Positions 33,403 through 44,128 of a DNA stretch of 64,000 nt are shown here, in pieces. How positions within the stretch are numbered: the first letter of the stretch is position 1; each line of letters begins with the position of its first letter. Source of the stretch: Bdellovibrionales bacterium (lineage in GTDB: Bacteria; Bdellovibrionota; Bdellovibrionia; Bdellovibrionales; UBA1609); NCBI GenBank assembly GCA_965219095.1, contig CBDCMT010000001.1, positions 1,472,001-1,536,000 on the forward strand. Direction: 5' to 3'. The translations under genes were made by a program, and so were the position numbers. A model generated the notes under the pieces. The model had not been told where the DNA came from. It made no database searches and saw only the letters and a list, made by a program, of their open reading frames with translations.

Positions 33403-35340
33403 ATGAAAATTATGCTAAAAACAATCCTACTTTTAGCAAGCTTGTTCTTATTCTCTTGTTCTGAGAGTCAATTTTCATCTCCAAGATCAAGGGTGAATAC
33501 GTTCTTCAACAAAGGTTCTAGAAAAGCTTCTTACGGTGGAGAGTTCAAGGATGTGGCTGTAAGAGAGGATTATATGTATCTTGCTAAAGGGGTTGCTGGT
33601 ATAGAGATATATGACTTTCATGATAAGAAAAACCCTTATTATGTTTCAAACCTTCATTTCTCCGAATCTGTCCATAAGGTACAAGTTTATAAGGACCATC
33701 TTTATGCTCTGTTAGATCAGAAGATACAACTTATCGATGTTTCTGACAAAAAAAATCCGAAAAAAACTAAAATTGCTGAAGGTTTTTTGTCTTCAAATGC
33801 AAAGCTCGTAGACTTTTATGTTTTATCCTCTAGTAAAATTTATGTTATATCAAATAAAAGAAATTTTTTTGTTATCGACTTTAAGAAGATGGGGTTTCAA
33901 AATAGGCCTACAGTCCAAAGTTATACAGTGCATCTGCCAGGGCTGAGTGGATTTCAGCTTTATGATATGGAAGTATTTGACGGTGATATTTACTTTGCAG
34001 CAGGTACTGCAGGAGTCATCCGTGGAGTGTGGCAGAATTCTCATAAACTAAACTACCAACAAGTTTATTCTTATAAAAATGAGAAGTTTTATGACATTGA
34101 CCTTATAAAGGATAGAATGGCTTGTGCTACAAATAGAGGATTACATTATCTAAATACAAAAAAACTACCATTTAAAAAAATTGATATTTTTAGAACAAAA
34201 GGCATAGCAACAAAAGTTTATCTCCATAAAAATGGGAAAAGGCTTTATATTAACGATTCAGAAGATGGTTATAGTAAATTTGCTCTTAATGCCTTTTCTT
34301 CTAATAAAGCTTTATGGCTTTTTAGCGACAAGCCCCATGATGTGCAAGGGTTTGTTGGGGTTTCCTCTAATAAAAATGAATTGATTCTTTTTGGTCGCAA
34401 TGAATTATCTTTATTAGAAGATGATTCTGTGAGACTTCTAAGTGTTCTGATTTCTTTAGAAAATGTTTATAGTCCCTATTACTCTTCATCTTCTCAACGC
34501 TACCTTCTTTCCACTAAATATAAGAGAGATGATGGTAGAATTTATGAAATGTCTTTACGAACAGGAAGAATCTATGGCTATACTCATACAAAGTCCATCT
34601 CTTATGATGTAGCTTTAAATCATGAAGGGAATCTTTTTGTGGCTGAAGATGATCGTGGCCTAACCCTTTATAAATCAAACACTGACATTCGTCTTTATAA
34701 GTACCAAACAGGTTTTAACTCTCAAAAACTTTTATGGTTGTCACCCGAACACCTTGTGATAGCAGGATGGTCTTCCTCAAACCGTTATGTAATAAAATTT
34801 TTAAATATAGAAAAGCCATTTTCTTATTATGAAGAAAGGAATCTTTCTTCTGGTGATGCTCAGAGCATTGATCTTCTTTCTGATGGGGACTATTTTTATG
34901 TGGCTTTAGGTAAAACACTATATATTTATGAATTTCCTAGATTTAATGACAATGAATTTAGAAGATCTTTATCTGAAGTGGTTTTAGAAAAGAATATTAT
35001 ATCGATCAGAATCAAGGGTACATATTTGTATGCCACTTATGAAGATGGGTTTTCGATAATTTCTTTAAAAGATAAAGAAGAGCCTGAAATCTCACAGACT
35101 GTTACCAGCAATGAAATTTCAGGAATTAGGGCAGATATCTATGGCTCAGAACTTTTTCTTGTAGGAAGAGAGGGAGTTCTTATCTATAATCTTTTTGGAA
35201 GTACCTCATCTTTTTCCAAGAAAATAACCCCTCCCTTTTTAAGAGGTTCAGGGGATATTCTTTCAGTTATTGTAGATGCCGAAGATTTATACATCTCCCA
35301 TGAAACGAAAGGATTTTTAAGATTCAATTACAAAAAATAA
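33403..35340 (+). CDS. LVIVD-repeat beta-propeller lipoprotein
   Basis: Lipobox LFSC; repeats such as YMYLA..GIEIYDFHDKKNP, IQLIDVSDKKNP. Confidence 0.8.
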   Translation: MKIMLKTILLLASLFLFSCSESQFSSPRSRVNTFFNKGSRKASYGGEFKDVAVREDYMYLAKGVAGIEIYDFHDKKNPYYVSNLHFSESVHKVQVYKDHLYALLDQKIQLIDVSDKKNPKKTKIAEGFLSSNAKLVDFYVLSSSKIYVISNKRNFFVIDFKKMGFQNRPTVQSYTVHLPGLSGFQLYDMEVFDGDIYFAAGTAGVIRGVWQNSHKLNYQQVYSYKNEKFYDIDLIKDRMACATNRGLHYLNTKKLPFKKIDIFRTKGIATKVYLHKNGKRLYINDSEDGYSKFALNAFSSNKALWLFSDKPHDVQGFVGVSSNKNELILFGRNELSLLEDDSVRLLSVLISLENVYSPYYSSSSQRYLLSTKYKRDDGRIYEMSLRTGRIYGYTHTKSISYDVALNHEGNLFVAEDDRGLTLYKSNTDIRLYKYQTGFNSQKLLWLSPEHLVIAGWSSSNRYVIKFLNIEKPFSYYEERNLSSGDAQSIDLLSDGDYFYVALGKTLYIYEFPRFNDNEFRRSLSEVVLEKNIISIRIKGTYLYATYEDGFSIISLKDKEEPEISQTVTSNEISGIRADIYGSELFLVGREGVLIYNLFGSTSSFSKKITPPFLRGSGDILSVIVDAEDLYISHETKGFLRFNYKK

Positions 35341-35378
35341 AATAAAAAATTAAAAATCTGTTTCTTAAGACACAACTA

Positions 35379-35407
35379 AAGCCTCTCTTTTAAAACAAGA
35401 GAGGCTT
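35379..35407. terminator. Bidirectional terminator between convergent genes
   Basis: AAGCCTCTCTT-loop-AAGAGAGGCTT. Confidence 0.75.
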
Positions 35408-35425
35408 CTAAAATTTCAAAAGAAA

Positions 35426-35965
35426 TTAATAAAAATGTACTTTTCTATCTATTCTAACTAAGATTCTGCCCATTCTTCGAATTTGATCGTTACGGTAAGC
35501 TCTTAAAGCGTTGTTTATCATTCTTCTCATATTGTGTTTAAACATAAATTTTTGTGAGAATTCAATATTCTCTCTCATTCGTCTTAAGATCCGAGCTGTT
35601 TTATTATAGAGTCCTCGATTAAAAGTACCCAAAGCTTTATGTGCCATACGATGTAATTCTCCTTTCAAATTCGATCTTTCTCTTCCTCTTCTACGTACAC
35701 CTGAGTGTTCGAAACAGTCTATAACATTGTGGTACCACTCAAAACTTTCACAGTTACGAACCTCTCGTTTCGTATACTCTTTCCCCCGTATAGCATTTTT
35801 GCACTCAGACTCCCAATATCCTGAAAGCCCAGAAAGACTTTTGCAAATCCTCAAAGCTTTTCTATCATATTGGCCGTCATTCCTTCTGTCAGAATCTCTA
35901 GAATGAGCTTCAGTCAAAACTGAGAATCCCATTAAGAGAAACCATATTAAGAATATTTTTTTCAT
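35426..35965 (-). CDS. Secreted basic hypothetical protein
   Basis: Signal peptide, four Cys, two similar Arg-rich C-terminal helices. Confidence 0.75.
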   Translation of the reverse strand: MKKIFLIWFLLMGFSVLTEAHSRDSDRRNDGQYDRKALRICKSLSGLSGYWESECKNAIRGKEYTKREVRNCESFEWYHNVIDCFEHSGVRRRGRERSNLKGELHRMAHKALGTFNRGLYNKTARILRRMRENIEFSQKFMFKHNMRRMINNALRAYRNDQIRRMGRILVRIDRKVHFY

Positions 35966-36635
35966 AACTTTTTCCCCCTTCTTTTTTTATTTTTCTGAAC
36001 TTTAGTTCTGCAGAGCCTTCCCCTGCTTATTTGTTAGTTTAAATATTGAATTATAAAATTGTCAAACATCCAAGCATCAGTAAAAACATGACAATATGCA
36101 TAAAAAATAACCAACTTAAATTTTTTTAGCTCATTTCACTTCAGAGAGCAAGTAAACTCTTCATAATAAGAAAAACTTTTAGGAAATAAAAAAATAAAAA
36201 TTAGATCCATTCAATGTCGTGTTATAAATTATTTTATACAATTTATAAATTTTTTGAATAAAGCGCTTGCTGGTAACAAGTGTTTCTACGTTTTTTAGAT
36301 TTAAGGACTAAATAGAAGCAAACACCTAAAACTTTCGTAAGGGTTTTAGAAAAATAATTTGCTAAGGAACACAAGTTTTGACTTTTATATACTGTTTAAA
36401 AGCCTTTGTTCTTGAGCTTTAAGCTGAAGGGAGGGTTTTTTAGGTTTTAAGTAAGGTAAGAGATGAGGGTATCTAAAAGACTACTGACAAGATTTTATGG
36501 ATTGCGATGGCGAGAGTGCTCAAGGTGAAACTCTCCTTTTAACACTCCCATCACTGACCTCTACAACAGAACGTTTTTTCAACATCGACTTGTCAAACTA
36601 AGGGAATCAATTTGTTCTCCATATTTAATTTGATG

Positions 36636-38168
36636 GTAACTGCTCACCTACATTGTTCAGTTATCCCTAACTTTAGACCTGTTTTAAGATAAAAGTCTTG
36701 CTCTTACAGATTTTCTTTTAAATACTTTTTTCAAATGACAATAAATAAGACCTCCATCAGAAATGAGATTAAAAATATAAGAAGTGACTTTGATAAGTTT
36801 GCAAAGAAAGGTTCTGTGCCTACTGAGATTTCTGTGATTGTTGAATCTCTCTTTAAGGTTGTGAACATTCTGATTGTTGTGCTTTTAGAAAAACAGGTTC
36901 GAAAAAATTCCAGCAACAGCGGTCTTCCTCCTTCGCAAGATTTTAGTCGTCAAGGGAATCGTAATAAGAAAGCTAGTGGGAGTCAAAAAAAGGGCTCTAG
37001 ACTTGATAACAGTAAAGATACAAACAGTGAGGAGACTGTCTCTCCCTCAGAGTGTTCTCAGTGTGGGATGTGTTTAAAGACAGCAGAGGTAAAAAGCCTT
37101 GAAAAGCGTAAAAAGATTGATATTTTTTATGAAATTCAGACCCATACTGTAACTTCTGAGGTTAAGGATTGTCCCTCATGTGGAGCTAGAAATAAAGGTC
37201 AATTCCCTAAAGGTATGAGTGGTCCTCTTCAGTATGGTGTAGGCATTAGAGCTTCCATCATCAATTTCATTATAGTTCAGATGCTGTCTTTTAGAGCGTG
37301 TTGGGGAACATTACATGGGGCTTATAGGTCGAATGATTTCTCCTGCAGTTATGTTGAGATACATTGCTGAATTAGGAGAGTTTCTTAAAAGTTGGGAAGA
37401 GCAGATGAAAGAAAAGATACTTGAATCAGAGGTCATTCATGTTGATGAGACCTCTATGAGGGTTAAGGGTAAAAACTACTGGATTCATACTTATAGTTCA
37501 GGAGAATTAGTCTTGCAGTTTCTACACCTTTCAGGTGGAAGGGAAGCCATAAAAGATATTGGTCTCTTGGATAGATATACAGGAGTGCTTGTGCATGATT
37601 GTTGGAGTCCTTACTTTTGTTATGATAAGATAACTCATGCTTTGTGTGTGGCTCACCTTTTGAGAGAGCTTAAATTTATAGAAGAAAGCAATGGATTCAA
37701 ATGGGCTACAAATCTCAAAAAACTTCTTAAAGAGACTGTGGAGTTAGTTCATAAAAAAGAGTCAAGAGTTCTGACTCAAAAAGAGTACGAAACTCTTCAG
37801 AGAAGGTATAGGAGTATTCTTACAAAAGGCTTAAAAGAGCTTCCAGAATTTCCTAAGAAAAATGGCAAGAAAGGACGAATAAAGCATACACAAGCTCAAA
37901 ACCTTTGGCTGCGATTTAAAAAGTATGAAGCAGAAATACTGTGCTTTGCTAAAAGAAAGAACGTAGATCCTACTAATAACAGAGCTGAAAGAGATCTAAG
38001 AATGACTAAAGTGAAAAAGAAAGTGTCAGGGTGTTTCAGAACAGAAGAAATGGCGAAATATTTTTGTCGCATTACCAGCTATGTTAAAACAATGAGAAAT
38101 AGAGGGTATTCTTCTTTAGAAGCTATCTCTATGGCTTTAAATAAAAACTTACGAGAGTGAGCAGTTAC
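36636..38168 (+). mobile_element. IS66-family (ISBst12-type) full-length copy B; transposase split as 36735-37370 and 37315-38160
   Basis: IR GTAACTGCTCAC both ends; NSSNSGLPPS, zinc finger, VHVDET-like, HD, LCVAHLLREL, TNNRAERDLR; no flanking duplication. Confidence 0.93.
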
Positions 38169-39098
38169 CCTTTAAGCTGATCAAGTGTTCTAAATAACTC
38201 CTTTTTAGTAACTTTTTTGTATAACTTTTCTTGATTCATAATTTTATCAATATGAGAAATTAAAATCAAAAATAAAAAGTTTATAAAAACACTTCCCTTC
38301 ATTGAAGTGGATGATTTTACCCTACTTCTTTTTTCAAGAATATCGTGCTTAAAAGATCTAAATAATCTTTCTATCCCATCTCTACTGCGATAAAGCGATA
38401 ACACATCCTTCCGATCTAAGCTCCTTTCATTTGTAATAAAAATAAACTTTCCCATTTGCATAACTGCCTCTTTGAGGAAAACTTCATCTCTTTCTATAGT
38501 AACCCTTTTATTTCTCTTTTTTACTTTAAAGAATCTTCTCTTTGACTTCATTGTTTCTTTAATATATTCTTCAGCACTTATTTCATCTTTAAAACCCTTC
38601 TCTGAGAAAATTGATTCCAAATATGACATCTTTCTTATCAACAAGCTCTCCTCCCTTGCTCTTCTTTCTTTATCTAAAAAAATATGTGCTACACACATAA
38701 CTCCATTTATTTCTACCTTAGTCCTTACATGAGAATAAACATTTTCATTGTATAAAAAAGAGCAAATAGGTTTACTGATTTCTTCATCAAAATCATAAAC
38801 TAATTGTTTTGCTTTTCGTGTTGTAAAGACCAGTGGTAGGAGGAATTTTAGCCCTTTGTTATTCATCTCTCGTATATTTTCCTTGCTATAAAAACCTCTA
38901 TCCATAACAAAATAATTAACATTAAGTTTATAGTACTTAATCAGTTTAATGAAGTTAAAACAATTTTGCCTGTTTTTTCATCCTTGCATCCAAGATAAGT
39001 TCTTTTTTGTCTTGCTTGTTGTTTGGATTTATCCAAAAACTCTTGACTTCATAAACGTAAATTTTTCCTTTAATTTTTTGCTCGACTCTGTAGCTCAT
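38169..39098 (-). pseudogene. IS1634-family transposase remnant (internally deleted, truncated by IS66)
   Basis: N-terminus MSYRVEQKIK..YVYEV at 39098 joined to MDRGFYS...YRSRDGIERLF. Confidence 0.8.
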
Positions 39099-39290
39099 AG
39101 ATAACCATGAAAAAAGGGATTGCAAGAAAAAAATTTAAAAAAATCACCGTATTTTTAAGCACTTACAAGATTTTGTCAAAATCCTAGTTATAACTTAGTG
39201 GGATTTTAGGTTACAAAAGCTTTCCCTGTACTAACGGAACGTGTTATAAATAGAAAAGTTCCTTTATATCAGTAACTTATGATAAATTAT

Positions 39291-39319
39291 TTGCTTTTTT
39301 TCATGGATTTTTATATAAT
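39291..39319 (+). promoter_or_regulatory. Sigma-70 promoter of mraY block
   Basis: TTGCTT-17 bp-TATAAT. Confidence 0.6.
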
Positions 39320-39334
39320 TTAAACTTAAAGATT

Positions 39335-40411
39335 ATGATATATCAGTGGCTTTTTGACTTTTCAGATAATTATTCTTTTTTCTATGTTTTTCGTTACATT
39401 ACATTTCGATCTTTTCTAAGCTTTATAACGGCCTTTATTATTTGCCTTGTTTTAGGACCCTCTTTAATTCAAAAACTCAATTACAAAAAAATAAAACAAA
39501 AAATTAAGATTTTTATTCCCGAAGGTCACAAGAAAAAAATAGGAATCCCTACTTCAGGAGGACTTCTTATTTTTCTCTCTATTTTTACGACATCTTTTTT
39601 TTGGTTTGAACTTTCGAACCCCTTAGTTCTAAGTGCATTTATAATTTTTTTAAGCTTCGCTTTAGTAGGTTATTTAGATGATAGAGTTCTCCTTTACAGT
39701 CAGTCAGGAAAAGGGCTTTCCGGAAAAATAAGACTTTGTTTTGAATTTCTCATAACCATTGCCATTCTTTCTTCCTTGTACACATCTGATCACCTCAATA
39801 CGAACCTCTATGTTCCTTTTCTAAAAGATGTAGAATGGTCTTTGGGGTGGCTTTATATTATTTTTGGTTCTTTTGTGATTGTAGGTTCAGCTAATGCTGT
39901 TAATCTCACAGACGGTCTTGATGGACTGGCTATTTTTCCTGTTATCATTTGTTCTTTAACTTTAGGAATCTTTTCTTATTTAAGTGGTCATTTTAATTTA
40001 GCTAGTTATTTGGGGATTCCTTTTATAGAAGGTTCAGGAGAGCTAGCTCCTTTTTGTTTAGCTGTAGCAGCAGGGGGTTTAGGTTTTTTGTGGTTCAATG
40101 CTTATCCTGCACAGGTTTTTATGGGAGATACGGGAAGTTTGAGTTTAGGAGCTTTTTTAGGAACTGTAGCTGTTTTTTCGAAAAATGAACTTCTTTTGAT
40201 TTTATTAGGGGGCCTTTTTGTAGTAGAGACTGTTTCTGTGATTTTACAAGTCCTATCTTTCCAGCTGACAGGGAAACGTCTTTTTAAGATGGCACCCTTG
40301 CATCATCATTTTGAGCTTAAAGGATTTCCTGAAAACAAAATTATTGTTAGGTTTTGGATCGTATCTATTTTATTAGCTGTATTAAGTTTGAGTACTTTAA
40401 AATTAAGATAA
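39335..40411 (+). CDS. mraY: Phospho-N-acetylmuramoyl-pentapeptide transferase
   Basis: NAVNLTDGLDGLA, FMGDTGS, MAPLHHHFE. Confidence 0.98.
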   Translation: MIYQWLFDFSDNYSFFYVFRYITFRSFLSFITAFIICLVLGPSLIQKLNYKKIKQKIKIFIPEGHKKKIGIPTSGGLLIFLSIFTTSFFWFELSNPLVLSAFIIFLSFALVGYLDDRVLLYSQSGKGLSGKIRLCFEFLITIAILSSLYTSDHLNTNLYVPFLKDVEWSLGWLYIIFGSFVIVGSANAVNLTDGLDGLAIFPVIICSLTLGIFSYLSGHFNLASYLGIPFIEGSGELAPFCLAVAAGGLGFLWFNAYPAQVFMGDTGSLSLGAFLGTVAVFSKNELLLILLGGLFVVETVSVILQVLSFQLTGKRLFKMAPLHHHFELKGFPENKIIVRFWIVSILLAVLSLSTLKLR

Positions 40412-40431
40412 ATTAGGAAGGAGATAATATT

Positions 40432-41835
40432 ATGAGAGACATAAATGAATTACGTGGTAAAAAAATTATGGTTGTAGGCTTAGGGAAGACTGGTTTTGCT
40501 CTTTCTAAGTTTCTTATAAGGTGTGGGGCTGATGTCACTATAAGTGATCATAAATCTAAAGCAGAGCTTTTAGGTGTTCTAGAAGATCTGGAGGGTTTGA
40601 ATGTGAACTATGATTTAAGTGGTCACACTCCTAAGCTTCTTTTTAGCCAAGAGATTGTTATTTTAAGCCCAGGAGTATCTCCTCAATTAAAGATTTTTGA
40701 ATATGCCAAAAGATATGGAGTTCATATAACAGGAGAACTTGAGTTCGTTTCTCAGTACATTGATGTTCCCATTATTGCTGTTACAGGAACTAATGGAAAG
40801 ACAACTGTAAGTACTTTGATTTATAAATTCCTTAATGCTTCAGGTATTAAAACATGGATGGGAGGCGGTGAAGAGCCTTTAAGTGCTTATTTCAGCCAAG
40901 ACGAACCATGTAAAGTTGTGGTGGTGGAAACCTCAAGCTTCCAGCTTGAGCATTGTGAAACATTGGAACCTCATAATATTGTGTTTACAAATCTTTCTGA
41001 AAATCACCTTGATCGCTACCGAACTATGGAGAGATATATCAATGCCAAAAGAAGAATCTTTAAAAACGTAAGTCATGACGTGTCCAGTATTTTGAATGCT
41101 GATGATAGTGCTGTAGTCGAGCTAGCTAGGGATCCTTCCATCTATCAAAGGTGTCGTTTATTTTATTTTTCTAGGCAAAGACATTTACGAGAACAAGTTA
41201 TGAAAATAGGGGGAGCTATTTTAAGTCATAATGATATTCACGTACGTAGAGAACAGAAACCTCGTATAGAGAAGTTCTCTTTAGAAAAGGTTAAACTCAA
41301 GGGAAGGCATTCTTGCGAAAACATTATGGCTAGTATTTTAGCAGCTAAAGAACAGGGAGCAAAGGATGAAGCCATTCAACAAGTGATGGACAATTTTATA
41401 GGCCTTCCCCATCGTCTTGAGTACATAGGAAGAATTAATGGTGTTTATTTTTATAACGATTCGAAATCTACAAATGTCCAATCTGTAGTAAGTGCTCTTG
41501 AGGCCATAGGGGAGGATATCATTCTTATTATGGGGGGAAAGGATACAGGGTTTAACTATGATCCTTTGAGTGATTTGGTGAAAAAGAAAGTAAAAACTCT
41601 CTTTCTCATAGGTGAAGCAAAGGAAAAAATCAATCGTTATATTGGTAATTCTACAGAAACTTTTCTTATCGGTACATTTGAAGAAGCTGTTGTTGTTGCT
41701 TACCAAAAGTCCCGTATTGGAGATAAAGTTTTATTATCTCCCGGGTGTTCTAGTCTGGATCTCTTTGACAGTTATAAAGAAAGAGGCAATTATTTTAGAG
41801 AGATAGTAGGAAAATTTCGTAAGAAAAAGGTTTAA
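40432..41835 (+). CDS. murD: UDP-MurNAc-L-Ala--D-Glu ligase
   Basis: GTNGKTT, SSFQL, HLDRY, NDSKSTN. Confidence 0.97.
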   Translation: MRDINELRGKKIMVVGLGKTGFALSKFLIRCGADVTISDHKSKAELLGVLEDLEGLNVNYDLSGHTPKLLFSQEIVILSPGVSPQLKIFEYAKRYGVHITGELEFVSQYIDVPIIAVTGTNGKTTVSTLIYKFLNASGIKTWMGGGEEPLSAYFSQDEPCKVVVVETSSFQLEHCETLEPHNIVFTNLSENHLDRYRTMERYINAKRRIFKNVSHDVSSILNADDSAVVELARDPSIYQRCRLFYFSRQRHLREQVMKIGGAILSHNDIHVRREQKPRIEKFSLEKVKLKGRHSCENIMASILAAKEQGAKDEAIQQVMDNFIGLPHRLEYIGRINGVYFYNDSKSTNVQSVVSALEAIGEDIILIMGGKDTGFNYDPLSDLVKKKVKTLFLIGEAKEKINRYIGNSTETFLIGTFEEAVVVAYQKSRIGDKVLLSPGCSSLDLFDSYKERGNYFREIVGKFRKKKV

Positions 41836-41840
41836 AAATT

Positions 41841-42971
41841 TTGCAAAAATACAAACTTGACCGATTTATAGCCCTTTTTGTCTTATTTTTTGTAGGCTTT
41901 GGTTTAGTTCAGCTTTATAGTGCAAGCTTCATTTACTCTTCAGAATACTATGGAAACGGAAACTACTTTTTTTCAAGACAGCTTTTTTTTGGAAGCTTAG
42001 GTCTTCTTGTTTTGCTTCTTACTTCAAGATTCCCTTGGGCTTTTTGGGAAAGATTAGGTCTTTTCGTATGTGGGTTGTCAGTACTTCTTTTATTTATGAC
42101 TTATATTCCTGAGATTAGCTTTTCGGCAGGAGGAGCTCGTCGTTGGTTAAAAACACCTTTCTTTTTTCGTATAGAGCCTTCTGAGCTCTTTAAAGCCTCT
42201 CTTCCTTTTTTAATAGCTTTTTTTGTGACTGATAGAGATCGTTTGTTAAACAACAAAAAGTTTGTATTAAGGATTTTGTGTTTTTTAGTCCCTCTTATTT
42301 TGCTTTTAAAACAACCTGACTTTGGCTCTTTTTTTATAAGCACTCTTATTATTTTTATCACATTTTTTGTTTTTGGCATGAAATGGCGTTGGGTTTTTCT
42401 TTCGATAACTGCCTTAAGTTTAAGTACTTTATTTCTTATTATTTCTTCCCCTTATCGGTATGAACGAGTCAGACTTTTTTTAAATCCATGGCTTTCTCCT
42501 TTAGATGAAGGCTTCCAAGTGATTCAAAGTTTTTTAAGCTTTCATTTAGGTGGCTTTTGGGGTGTGGGTTTAGGAAACGGTCAAAGTAAATTGTTTTTTC
42601 TTCCAGAAGCCCATACAGATTTTATTTTTTCTGTTTTTGCAGAGGAATGGGGCTTTATAGGAGTTTTTTCTGCCATTCTCATAATTCTCTTATTTATTTA
42701 CATGGGGTTTATGATTATTGAAAACACAAAAGAACCGTTCAGAAAGACTGTAGCTTTAGGGATTATGCTTAATTTTTCTTTGACTGTCCTTATTAACATA
42801 GGTGTTGTAACAGGGCTACTACCTACAAAGGGTCTTGTGTTTCCCTTTTTAAGCTACGGAGGAAGTTCTTTGGTGAGTTTTTGTTGGTCTATGGGTCTTC
42901 TTATGGGAATTGAAAGACACAACAGGCTTATTTTTACTAAAAAAAAGAAGGTCTTAAAAAGAGTTTATTGA
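41841..42971 (+). CDS. ftsW: Cell division SEDS protein FtsW
   Basis: GARRW, QPDFG, LPEAHTDFIF, SYGGSS. Confidence 0.96.
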   Translation: MQKYKLDRFIALFVLFFVGFGLVQLYSASFIYSSEYYGNGNYFFSRQLFFGSLGLLVLLLTSRFPWAFWERLGLFVCGLSVLLLFMTYIPEISFSAGGARRWLKTPFFFRIEPSELFKASLPFLIAFFVTDRDRLLNNKKFVLRILCFLVPLILLLKQPDFGSFFISTLIIFITFFVFGMKWRWVFLSITALSLSTLFLIISSPYRYERVRLFLNPWLSPLDEGFQVIQSFLSFHLGGFWGVGLGNGQSKLFFLPEAHTDFIFSVFAEEWGFIGVFSAILIILLFIYMGFMIIENTKEPFRKTVALGIMLNFSLTVLINIGVVTGLLPTKGLVFPFLSYGGSSLVSFCWSMGLLMGIERHNRLIFTKKKKVLKRVY

Positions 42972-44077
42972 TGAAAGTTTTTTTTTCAGGAGGTGCTACA
43001 GGAGGTCATCTTTATCCTGCTCTTTGCTTGGCAAAAGCTTTTGAAAGTAAAAATAAAGAAGTTCAAGCTACTTTCGTTGTGTCTCAAAAGCAGTTTGAAA
43101 AAAAACTTTTAGAAAAAACAAAGTATAAAGTATACACTCTACCTAGCAAGCCTTTTCAAAAATCCTTTGTAAAAGGGGGGGCATCAATTCTAGCTCTTTT
43201 TTTTTGTGTTTTAAGAGCTTTTGTGATTTGCCTTAAAGAAAAACCTCAAGTTATTGTAGGAACAGGAGGTTATGCTTCTGTTCCACTCGTTTTAGCAGGC
43301 TTTTTTTTAAGAATTCCTTGTTTTTTATGGGAGGCTAATTCTTATCCTGGGCTTGCGAATCGTTTTTTATCTCGTTTTGTAAGAAAGGCTTTTGTTGTGT
43401 TTGAATCTTCTAAAAAATTTTTAAAGACAAAAAATATAGAAGTATGTGGCTATCCTTTGAGAAAACAAATCGAAAACCTTAAGCTTCAGTTAGACTCACC
43501 AAAAGATAAAAAAGAAGATGAGAGAGAAGATAAGGGAGAAAGAGACCTCTTCTATGTTCTTGTATTAGGAGGAAGCCAAGGGTCTCATATCTTAAATAGA
43601 GTTATCTCTCAACTTCTTTATGAAGAAATGACAGGATTTCATATAATTCATCAAACAGGACTAAAGGAGTTTGAAAAGTACAAAATAAAGTATAAGGATA
43701 CCTCCTTTATGGAAGCATGTGCTTTTTTTTACAACATAGAAGAGGTTTATAAAAGAGCCGATCTTGTAATCTCAAGAGCAGGAGCAGGGGCTCTTTTCGA
43801 ATTAGCCTGCTTAGGGAAGCCTGCTCTTTTTGTGCCCCTTCCCTATGTAGCCGACGATCATCAGCTTAAGAATGCAAAAGAGTTTGCCTTTCAGAAGGCT
43901 TGTAAAATTTTAGAGCAAAAAGATCTTCATGTTAAAACTCTCAAAAAAGAGTTTCTTTTGTTAAAAGAAACTGCTTCTTTAAGAAAAGAAATGTCACAGA
44001 ATATAAAAAAGTTCTATAAACCGTTTGTAGCAGAAACTATAAGAGATCTTATTTTAAAGGCCTTGAAAAAATCATAA
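42968..44077 (+). CDS. murG: Lipid II GlcNAc transferase MurG
   Basis: GGATGGH, GGY, GGSQG, SRAGA, HQLKNA. Confidence 0.96.
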   Translation: MMKVFFSGGATGGHLYPALCLAKAFESKNKEVQATFVVSQKQFEKKLLEKTKYKVYTLPSKPFQKSFVKGGASILALFFCVLRAFVICLKEKPQVIVGTGGYASVPLVLAGFFLRIPCFLWEANSYPGLANRFLSRFVRKAFVVFESSKKFLKTKNIEVCGYPLRKQIENLKLQLDSPKDKKEDEREDKGERDLFYVLVLGGSQGSHILNRVISQLLYEEMTGFHIIHQTGLKEFEKYKIKYKDTSFMEACAFFYNIEEVYKRADLVISRAGAGALFELACLGKPALFVPLPYVADDHQLKNAKEFAFQKACKILEQKDLHVKTLKKEFLLLKETASLRKEMSQNIKKFYKPFVAETIRDLILKALKKS

Positions 44078-44128
44078 GTGTCCTCTGTTTGGTTTCCAAG
44101 ATCATACTGATGGGTGGAGCTTGTCTTT

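Noticed and set aside
36506..36603. Hairpin containing GGTGAAAC as possible group II intron domain V
   Set aside because: No catalytic triad context or reverse transcriptase; adjacent CTTGTCAAACTAAGG looks like an IS1634/IS4-type end
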